Positions 53,510-64,000 of a stretch of 64,000 nucleotides of DNA are shown here, one piece after another. This DNA is from Eledone cirrhosa (Eukaryota): positions 25,544,001-25,608,000 of the forward strand of contig OZ024748.1 in the NCBI GenBank assembly GCA_964016885.1, written 5' to 3'. Position numbers and translations under genes: made by a program. The notes below the pieces were generated by a model. It saw only the letters and a program-made list of their open reading frames with translations, did not search any database and was not told where the DNA came from. Positions within the stretch are counted from its first letter, which is position 1. Every line of letters starts with the position of its first letter.

Positions 53510-55163
53510 GTGTATGTATATGTATATATATGTATATGTGTGTATATATATATGTGTGTGTGCATGTATATATATATGTGTGTATGTATATATATATATG
53601 TGTATATCAGTTTATATTTAATATAACATCAATGTCCACTTTTACTGTGCAATATTTATATATACATATATATATAGATATATATACACACACACCCTGC
53701 TATGCGGGATCAGCACAGTACAAAGGTAACCTAAGAGCAGAAGCAACGAACTCCCTTACTGTGCAATATTTGAAACAACTTGTTAGCCATTAAATATATA
53801 CATGTGTTCATAAATCTTTGTTGTTCTCTCCAGCATTTTAAATATACATTTATATAGATACATATACACACATATATATACATATACACACATATATATA
53901 TATAGTTTTTAACAACAACAACATGGACAATACATATATATTAAATAGAAACTAGTTTGGGTGATTTTTTTCCAATGATTTCCCTTTATTCAGTAGATGC
54001 TGAAATAAATATATAACTTGATGTTTTTTATTGACATTCATAACCAAACAATGGGATGGGGCACATACATAAGTGGGATGAGTGATATTAAGAAATCAGC
54101 ATTTTACTGAGAGAGAGAGAATGGCTGGGTGGGTGGGTTATGTTTGTTTACTGCTATTTATCTTTATTGAAGCCATCAAACAGTAAGAAAAATACAAGCG
54201 CTGGTTTGTCTTTTTCTTTTGGAAAATGAGACTGGCATACAATTGTCTTGAAAATAAGCAAAAAAAAAAAAAAAAAAAAAAAAATGTCTTAATTCAGTGT
54301 TTGTCATAATTGTTTCATTTTAGGAAGAATGTCAGAGTTTGAAAAGAAATGAAATTAGGAATGATGTAGCTTCATCATAAGCTTAAAGATCATTTAGAGA
54401 GAGAGAGAGTGAGAGAGAGAGAAATGGGGATAGATATAACTGTGATCTAGCACAATGGGCCATAAATAATTCTAAAGCTGAGCAACCATCTCAGAAATAA
54501 TTAGGATCAAATTCAATTATATAATAGGTTCCCTTTTTTTCTCTTATTTTCTTTTTCTTCCATTTTACAGAAAATAAGAAAACATTAAATAGTTATCTGC
54601 AACAACATGAGAGCAGAAAATATGTGAATTAGAGGCAGTACTATTTTTTATTCTTTTATTGGTTTCAGTCATTGGGACAGTGGTTTTAGTCAATTATAAT
54701 TGACAACAGTATTATTTTCTGGTAATTGTTTTATTTAATCTCATAAGGGACAAAAGGCAAAGTCCACCTTTATTTTTTGTTATTGTTTATACAGATGCAA
54801 AACTGATCAATGATAGTTGTAAATCTATCAATCAAATTTCATTTCATTGATGTGTAGAGAAGAATCTACTTCAAGAAGAAATCTAGCTGAATGATATATT
54901 AATGAGAAAGTTTTCTTTCTAAACATTTGACTTAATTATCTTTAGGAAACAATCTAATCTTCAATATCCCATTTTAAACATATATGATGGCAGTTAAGCT
55001 TGAATCATTATTTCTTCCAAAGATATAACTGAATATGCAATGAAATCACTTTTCCAGAAATAAAAAATATACCTTTATATATTATTCCTTACAATAATTT
55101 ACTTCCTAGTATTAAATATTTTGTAATTTTTTTTTTTATTCTCAAAGTTATAATAACATTCTT

Positions 55164-55373
55164 TTAACCCTTTAGCATTTACATTACTCTATATAAAGTA
55201 TTGTATTTTCACAGTAAAAGCTTTCTTACATAATATCGAATCTATGAGATTTTGATATTTATTTTGAGAACAATACCTTAATGTTGGTATGAATGGCCGG
55301 TTGGGGCCAGTTTAAACAGAAAGCAGTGAGAATATTCTGGCTGGATATGGCCGGTTTAAATGCTAGAGGGTTA
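55164..55373. mobile_element. TTAA-bounded MITE
   Basis: Terminal inverted repeats TTAACCCTTTAGCATTTA ... TAAATGCTAGAGGGTTAA. Confidence 0.75.
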
Positions 55374-55546
55374 AAATAGAACTATTAGAAGTAAGAATGA
55401 TGTTTATGAAAATATATATATAATGTGTGTCTATATATATATATATACACATATATATGTGTATATATATATATATATACACATATATATATATAATGTG
55501 TATATATATACATACACATATATATAATGTATATATATATACACAA

Positions 55547-55655
<109 letters not shown>

Positions 55656-55677
55656 CATTTAACATCGGCTTTCCCTG

Positions 55678-55712
<35 letters not shown>

Positions 55713-56371
55713 AACTAAAATAAGTATGAATTAGTTAAAAATTTCCAGACATGAAGGTTATGTTAAATAACTTTGCTTAAATAACAGTGCAGCAGATTTT
55801 TGCATTATATAGAGAAGCCAAGCTTGATGGAATATAGCAATAGAGGTTATATCTACTCAGTAAAATAAATAATTTTATCGATTCTGGTTAAATAAAATAA
55901 ATCCCTCCCCTCCACCCCTCATCTTACACTTGTTAATCTTGCAAGGAAAAAGTTGATGCTTGAAATATTGGAAGAAGAGAAATGAAAAATTAGCATTAAT
56001 GATTCAGTAAGGTGAGTAAAAGATTGTTGAACAGAAATGAATAAACTTTAATCAAAGGTAAATATTTAGAAAAAAAAATGTATAAATTAAAAGTCAATAA
56101 AAATACAAAGCAAATGATATGACAAATAGTATGATAAGGATTATTGTTAACAATTTAATATGTTTTATTTTTTTTTCTCTTTTTTTTTTGAGTAGCCAAG
56201 ACAGCATAGAACGGCTGCAGAAAGCGCAACCATTTGCATAAATTGAACTTGTTTCTCAAAGAAGCAAAGATGACACGACATGGTTCCCAGAAATTAAAAA
56301 TAAGGATCTGACAGAAAAGGAAATTACATTAGGAAAATAAATAAATAGATATATAAACAGATAAAACTGTG

Positions 56372-56659
56372 GAGCAAATCTATAGCTGCTTATTGCTGAG
56401 TCAACTTGCGTTATAAAGCAGATCTATAGCTTATTGCTGAGTCAACTTGTGTTATAGAGCAAATCTATAGCTTATTACTGAGTCAACTTGTGTTATAAAG
56501 CAGATCTATAGCTTATTGCTGAGTCAACTTGTGTTATAGAGCAAATCTATAGCTTATTACTGAGTCAACTTGTGTTATAAAGCAGATCTATAGCTTATTG
56601 CTGAGTCAACTTGTGTTATAGAGCAAATCTATAGCTTATTACTGAGTCGTGTTATAGAG
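56372..56659. repeat. 41-bp minisatellite, about 7 units, alternating A/B variants
   Basis: TCAACTTG at 56401, 56442, 56483 and onward. Confidence 0.9.
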
Positions 56660-58493
56660 TTGCAACATACCTGTCATAAGGCAAGTGCATTTAAACAGTT
56701 ATCTACAGTATAAATAAAGAAAAAGTAACCAGAATAGTATTTACCGTTCAGTAGAATTGAAATCAACTGAGATGAAAAGTTAATTTTCTTTCTTTTTTTT
56801 TTTTACAGCGAAGAGAAGATATACTTTAGCTGCCTATTCCTTTTCTCAAAAAACAACAAAACAAAACAAACCATTAAAGACTGAGAGAAGCTAAAACTTA
56901 AAGGTATGGTTATTATATCATTTGGAATGGCTATCATCAGTTTAGAATGGAAGCAAGCTTGGGTTTGACTGAAACAAGAATTGGGAGATCTATTATACCC
57001 AACACCCACACACACACACACACACACACATGCATATTGGCATTTGTACACTTACACACACACACGCACGCACACATGAAAACACTAGGCTTGGGCTGCA
57101 GTGCAAGCTACAATATATAAAAGAGAAGGCAGTCATGTGTTAAGGAGGAGGAGGAGGAAAATAAGAAGAGGAAGGAGGAGGGATAGAGTGCAGTGCTAGA
57201 GAAATGTAGCTACTAATTGGTTGCAGATGAGGTGGATGGCAGGGAGAGATGCAGGGTGGGCACCATAATACTGTTGGAATATTTGTGGCATTCCAAATGA
57301 ATAACTGAGATCAAAATTTGAGAACAAGTGCTTAATGGAGGTAACTTAAATATGGAAATGTTTCAACATTTTTTGAGGGGTTTTTTGTTTACATTTTTTA
57401 CTTTATCCCTCTGCCCCCAATCCCTAAACCCCAACAAGATTCCCCATATATTGTAAACAGAACACACTATAGCTTCTCAATGATTGAATCATAACCCACT
57501 ATTAAACATCTTTAGAAAAATTAATTAGACATTGGCGTCAAGTCTATGACAGTTTGAAAAAAAAAACCCCCAAAACCCCGAAATAAAACAAAAAAAAAAA
57601 AAAACCCCTGAAACAAAATGAAGTTGTTTTTTTATTTTTGTTTGAAATAAATAAGAATGGAAATCAAATAAAAGACAAATGTTGGACTGACTAGAAAATA
57701 AAAGTAAAACTGGAATGATGTGACATCTGTCAGTGATGACTAACATATCACGTTATTATGCAAATAGTAACGAGGTAAATATACAAGTTTTGCTTAGACT
57801 TCCTAAACTCCATTAATAATGTATAAAAACAAAACAAAAAATGAAAAAAAAAAAATAACCAGAATTTTTTTAAAATTTACTTTAAAAATGAAAAGATTAT
57901 ACACTAAGACCAGAAACAATATCCTATAAGAATACTAAAGACAATTATGAACATTTTTTTCTTTTCTTTTTTTTTTTTTACAAAGAACATTTGATAACAT
58001 TGGGACATAAATGAGGAGGAAAATATTGTGTGAAATTATTATTATTATTTTTTCTTTTTTTTTTTTCGATCTGAGAACCAGTTAGGTGTTGTTAGGCAAC
58101 ATAAGTGAAATACTAGTTGGCAGAGTAGAAAACCAGTAGCATTGGTCAAGAAGAAATAATAGTACATCTTTTGGATTCCAATTTTTCTTTGCTTCATTTT
58201 ATTATTATTATTGTTTATGTCTTTTTTTTTTTTTTTTGCATTTTTTAAAATTTATTTTTAACAAACAATGGTAGCAGCAGCAGCATATGTGACAGTGTTG
58301 AGTAAAAATGTCTGAAGAAGAAAGAGGCAACCAGCCTATGGACAAAGCAGTGTAAAATAGATTCAGAATAGATTCATTCCTGGACAAGGAAGCTATATTG
58401 ACCTGTGGACCTGCACACACCAAGCAGACTGACATAACCATTGTAATAATAATAGTAGCAGCAGTAGTAGTAGTAGTACTAGTAGTAGTAGAA

Positions 58494-58545
<52 letters not shown>

Positions 58546-59869
58546 CAACTGTTGATGAAAATCAGTCAGTGCTTTGATGTCAAGTTCATGTGCTGCAGCC
58601 ATAACTGCATTACCTATCATTATCATTATTATCGCTATTATTATTATCACTATATTATTATTACTATTATTATTATTATTATCATCATCATCATCATCAT
58701 CATCCTTTAACCACTGCAGCCAGAAGCCAACAAAGTTGCTTTGGCAGTTTAGAATTGCACTTTAGACCTTATTCGGCAAAAGAGGTTACTACTGGTCACA
58801 ATTGGTCACTGTTGGTCACTATGACATGTAAGAGACTGGAGTAGGAGGGAGAGAGAGAGAGAGAGAGAGGGGGGAGGCAGACCATAGATCTCAGCAGACT
58901 ATAGATCTCAAAGAAAAAACAAAAAAAAAAAATCCCCCCCAAAAAACAAAACAAGAAAAACATTCATTTTAACACAACTTGCTTCTATGCAGTTTTTTAA
59001 AGTGTTTTTGTTTAAAACATCTTTAATTACTAATCTCTTTGCTCTTGCTGATTGTTTTTTTGTTCTTTTTCAGTTTAATAACAAGCTTAACAGGTAAAAA
59101 AAAAAAGACCTTGCCCTTGACTATGTTTCATTTCAGGTTTTTGTTTTTTATTTTTTTTAAATTGTGGTATTTCAAAATCTACAACCTCTGAAGCTTCTTT
59201 CATTATCATAACACATTATACTGAACCACATTCGGCTAGGAGAGGGAAAAAAAAAACAAATAAACAAAAAAAAAACATTAAAAAAAAAATTAAATCACCT
59301 TTTACCAAAGCGAGTGATATTCAAAACAATGAGTGTCTATGATAAGATAAAAAAAAATGAGAAATGAATTTTAAAATGTGTTGATGGCAAATGTACAATT
59401 TTTAGTTTAACCATTTCAAAAAAAAAAAAAAAAGAAAAAAAAATCCTATTAAGCAAGTTACAGAGTGCCTGAATGAGGTGAATATATGAGCTCATGCCGT
59501 TTTGCTAAGCTTCATGCCATCTTTGCTACGATAGAAACTTTATCATAAGTCCCCAAAAGTAGAAAAAGAAGAGCAGCAACATAGTATATATATATATAGT
59601 GTGACAGAGTTGGCATTGCCTTCATATAGTAAGCCTCGTTAGCGAGTTGAAACATCAGGCTAGCTACCGGTGACCAATTAATCAGCTGAACATAATGCCT
59701 CTCTCTTAGAAAAGCAACTGCAGTGCAATCCGACATTTTTATAGCCCACTCAAGATCCCTATAGTTAGTTTGTGTGGGAGGGGGGAAGAGGAACTGTCTT
59801 CTTTTATCATTTTCTCTTTCAAACCGCTGATGCCAAATATTATCAGCTGCCACCAGATGAGAAGAAATA

Positions 59870-60067
59870 CTAAATAACACTTGCTGGTAACTTGTCGAAC
59901 ATGTCGGTTTTGCCCGGTTGGACACTTCCTCGGCGCCGTGGTAAAGTTGGATGTTCTGGACAGCCATTTGTGAGCAACAGCGTGACACATTCAGGGGAAC
60001 CAGAACCCCTAGCATACCACAATGCATTACGACCTTCATGGTCCAGCACTTTCACGTTTGCGTTGTA
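59870..60067 (-). CDS. AGAP1: AGAP last coding exon (YNANVKVLDHEGRNALWYAR...DKLPASVI*)
   Basis: cag acceptor, second ankyrin repeat, stop codon at 59870-59872. Possible C-terminal PDZ ligand -SVI. Confidence 0.92.
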   Translation of the reverse strand, partial: YNANVKVLDHEGRNALWYARGSGSPECVTLLLTNGCPEHPTLPRRRGSVQPGKTDMFDKLPASVI

Positions 60068-60099
60068 CTGATGATATAAAGAAATAGTACAATTAGAAA

Positions 60100-61420
60100 T
60101 TATATCAACATTTACAACACATTGTAACCATATCAACATTTACAGCACATTGTAATTATATCAACATTTACACATATTGTAATTATATCAACATTTACAC
60201 ACATTGTAATCATATCAACATTTACAACACATTGTAACCATATCAACATTTACAACACATTGTAACCATATCAACATTTACAACACAATGTAACCATGTC
60301 AACATTTACAACACATCGTAACCATGTCAACATTTACAACACATTGTAATCATGTCAACATTTACAACACATTGAAATTATGTCAACATTTACAACACAT
60401 TGTAACCATGTCAACATTTACAACACATTGTAATCATGTCAACATTTATAACACATTGTAACATCATGTCAACATTTACAACACATTGAAATTATGTCAA
60501 CATTTACAACACATTGTAACCATATCAACATTTACAACACATTGTAATCATGTCAACATTTACAACACATTGTAATCATGTCAACATTTACAACACATTG
60601 TAATCATGTCAACATTTACAACACATTGTAGCCATATCAACATTTACAACACATTGTAATCATATCAACACTTACAACACATTGTAATCATGTCAACATT
60701 TACAACACATTGTAATCATATCAACATTTACAACACATTGTAATCATGTCAACATTTACAACACATTGTAATCATGTCAACATTTACAACACATTGTAAT
60801 CATGTCAACATTTACAACACATTGTAATCATGTCAACATTTACAACACATTGTAATCATATCAACACTTACAACACATTGTAATCATGTCAACATTTACA
60901 ACACATTGTAATCATATCAACATTTACAACACATTGTAACCATATCAACATTTACAACACATTGAAATCATATCAACATTTACAACACATTGTAACCATA
61001 TCAACATTTACAACACATTGAAATCATATCAACATTTACAACACATTGTAACCATATCAACATTTACAACACATTGAAATCATATCAACATTTACAACAC
61101 ATTGTAACCATATCAACATTTACAACACATTGAAATCATATCAACATTTACAACACATTGTAACCATATCAACATTTACAACACATTGAAATCATATCAA
61201 CATTTACAACACATTGTAACCATATCAACATTTACAACACATTGTAACCATATCAACATTTACAACACATCGTAACCATGTCAACATTTACAACACATTG
61301 AAATTATGTCAACATTTACAACACATTGAAATTATGTCAACATTTACAACACATTGAAATTATGTCAACATTTACAACACATTGAAATTATGTCAACATT
61401 TACAACACATTGAAATTATA
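60100..61420. repeat. 28-bp minisatellite (CATRTCAACATTTACAACACATTGTAAY), about 47 units, in the last AGAP intron
   Basis: Period measured at 61201 and 61229. Confidence 0.97.
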
Positions 61421-61696
61421 TATAGTAAAGTTTAATTTCAAATGAAAACAGTTCTTATATTTTTTTTCTCTAAATCTTTCAAGCTCCATGTGGCTATGTC
61501 ATACGTTGAGGTGGTTGGCATTAGGAAGGGCATCCAGCCATAGAAAACCAAGCCAAAAAATGGGAACATATGTCCACGGTATTGTGACCTGACCTGTCTG
61601 ACCTCATAACGTGACAGCAAGCATGGAAAATAGACATTAAACGGTGATGACAATGATGATGACTCAACTGCCAGTAGCATATAATATGACACTTAC

Positions 61697-61864
61697 CCAA
61701 AGAAGTAGTTGGACAAAAACGACATTGCCTAAAGCAGCCGCTATATGCAAAGCTGTACGTCCATCATCTTTGCTATAGGGGGCATTGATATCCTCAGCTC
61801 GTGCATGTCCCAGAAGTAGGATAATGTTTCTAATATCTTCTCGGACTAAGGCATCTATCAATTG
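61697..61864 (-). CDS. AGAP1: AGAP exon, ankyrin repeat (…DDGRTALHIAAALGNVVFVQLLLW)
   Basis: 168 nt, phase 0/0. Ankyrin consensus GRTALH.AA..GN. Confidence 0.92.
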
Positions 61865-62953
61865 CTGGAAAATGGAATTAAAGATAATAATTAATGAAAA
61901 AGCAATTACTCGAAAGTGTAAATAAAGCAGTTGACTTAGGAAGCATTTTGAAAAATGTTTAAGTTAAAATGTAGTTGTTCCACTGCAAATGACCATAATA
62001 AAAAAAGTCGATCAATAAAGTGATCCTGAAGACAGAAAAGGTTAGACAGTGGCAACTCTGTCCACATTTTTCCAGAGGCCCTTTACTCAATTTTCCTAAC
62101 AATTATTTATAGCATTCAACTATTATTATGGTCATTTGAGTTGGTAAACTACATTTCAAATTTTAAATTGTGAAAATATCTGGGTGAAAGGAGGGGTGTA
62201 CAAATATTTTCAACGTTGTGAGCATAAAATTAAAATATTTAATTATAGAAATCAGAAAACAATAAGAAACATTTCAAATAAACCTAAAGCTGCAGAGGGG
62301 CGCTAATATGTTTTTTTAAAATTCCATTTGTTTATCAAATCAAAATAAAAGGGTAAGACACCTATTGGTCATGAAAGACTATGGGTTTTGCACCTAGAAA
62401 GTCCCTCTTAGTGGCACAAGGCCGGGCAAGGTTGTTTGTGGAAGACCAGCAGTTGCCCATGTATACCAGTCTCCCCTCTTCACGCTACTGATCTTGTCCA
62501 AGGGAAAGGCAATGGCTGATACTACCTAGCACCAGTGACGTCACAACTCATATATACACTATATATATTATATATACACTGAATATGATGTTGTTCAAGG
62601 GAAAGGCAGAGGCCGATGCAGCTAAGCACCAGTGACATTGCAACTCATTTCTACAGTTGAGTAAACTGGAGCAACATGACATAAGGACACGATACATCAC
62701 CTAGTCCAAGAATGAAATTCACAACCTCTCGATTGTGAATCCAACTTTCTAACCTCTAAGCCATGCACCTTATATATATATCAAACTACTTTACATTTAC
62801 ATGACACCTGCAGAATTTGCAATGAACCAAGCCAAAAATCCTTTCACCTGTAATTAACCATTTTTCAAAAGATACATTTCTAAGACTTTCACCTAATTTC
62901 CAAATGTTTGTTTATGCTGAATACTAGAGATGTAAAATATCAAATCTACTCAC

Positions 62954-63041
62954 CTGATTGAGGGGGATATCAACATAGGGAGGGGGTGGGAGAAATTCTT
63001 TGCACTCATATTTGGCTCGAATCCACTTTTCTCTGTCCTCA
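62954..63041 (-). CDS. AGAP1: AGAP/centaurin-gamma exon, end of ArfGAP domain (EDREKWIRAKYECKEFLPPPP...)
   Basis: ArfGAP C-terminal motif E.WIRAKYE, AG/GT bounded. Symbol given at family level (AGAP1/CenG1A-like). Confidence 0.88.
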
Positions 63042-64000
63042 CTGAAAAAAGAAATTGAGGATCTCGAGAAACAAGTTTAAGAAACAAAATAAATAATTAA
63101 TGATTTCATATTTTAGCTCAAAGTCAGCATTTTGGGGGAGATTGGGGATTATATTGACCCCATTACTTGACTGGTACTTTATTTTATTCACCTCGGAAGG
63201 CTGAAAAGCAAAGTTGACCTCAGCTGGATATGAACACAGAATGTAACAAGTTGGAACAAATATTTTATCTGTCGCTCTACTGATTCTGCCAATCCACCAC
63301 CCTCAATTAATCTCTAATTTAGGTACAATGCTGGCAAATTTGGAGGAAGGGCAATGTTGATTAAATTAATCCCAGTACTTGATTAGTACTTTTGTTTATC
63401 GACTTCTGAAAGATGAAAGGCAAAATTGACATTGGCGTAATTTGATCTCAGAATTTAACCCAACCAATTCTGCCAATTCACCACCCTTTTAACAAATAAT
63501 TAATAAGAATGTTGAAACTGCAATAATAATCATTAATCAATATAGTCTTCCTTTTTTTTAAAATAAAAATAAGATCACCAAAATGTAGGATATAATACTA
63601 AAATAATGTAAACAGTATTCTACAATTTTAACACTTAACAGCCTGTAATGAATTAGCAGAAAATATCTAAAAACAGATTAATTCAAATGTTTATAGTATC
63701 TTTACAAGTGGACAGATTGTTGTAAAAATATGCAGTATTAACTTTTAACATCCTGTAATAGTTGGATAACATCCATGAGCTTGGCTGGTCTCACTTGGGG
63801 ATCCAAACAGATCAATTGGAGACAATTGCTTCTGATAGAATCCACTGGAAGGCATGCTTGAGGACTCTGATCCCCATAACCCTCACAGGAATAAGTCAGT
63901 GAAAAAGAAGATGAAGGGTTAATTCAAATCATCATCATCACCGTTTTACGTCCGTTCTTCCATGCTAGCATGGGTTAAACGGGTTGTCCTGTTGTGGGCA

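Noticed and set aside
58393-58765. Poly-Leu/Ile/Ser ORFs
   Set aside because: Products of (AGT)n, (ATT)n and (ATC)n microsatellites downstream of the AGAP stop.

Overview
AT-rich, repeat-dense eukaryotic DNA. The SINE, RTE and (TA)n content suggests an octopus or other coleoid cephalopod (inference). I rebuilt two spliced minus-strand host genes by hand. The first is the first 10 coding exons of cytoplasmic methionyl-tRNA synthetase (MARS1; ATG at 26586, HLGN/HIGH motif, continuing past the left edge). The second is the last 3 exons of an AGAP/centaurin-gamma ArfGAP-ankyrin gene (stop at 59870). The rest is mostly mobile DNA: several RTE LINE families, two deleted L1/Tx1-like elements, a young CR1-like element, a CRE-like remnant and a Helitron remnant. 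There is also a GIY-YIG Penelope-like element (PLE) with minimal hammerhead ribozymes, two SINE types, MITEs, four minisatellites and very long (TA)n tracts. The most interesting signals are as follows. (1) A (TA)n landing-pad cluster holds hammerhead-bearing PLE termini and a non-coding element with a candidate HDV-like ribozyme. (2) Several fold-back repeats carry decayed hammerhead cores. (3) A near-perfect palindrome with histone-stem-loop-like motifs lies just upstream of MARS1. (4) A MARS1 splice acceptor is duplicated out of frame. (5) Two satellites arose from retroelement segments. (6) One SINE family shows complete strand bias. Most long ORFs in the track are microsatellite artefacts. 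All analysis was by eye and no searches were run.
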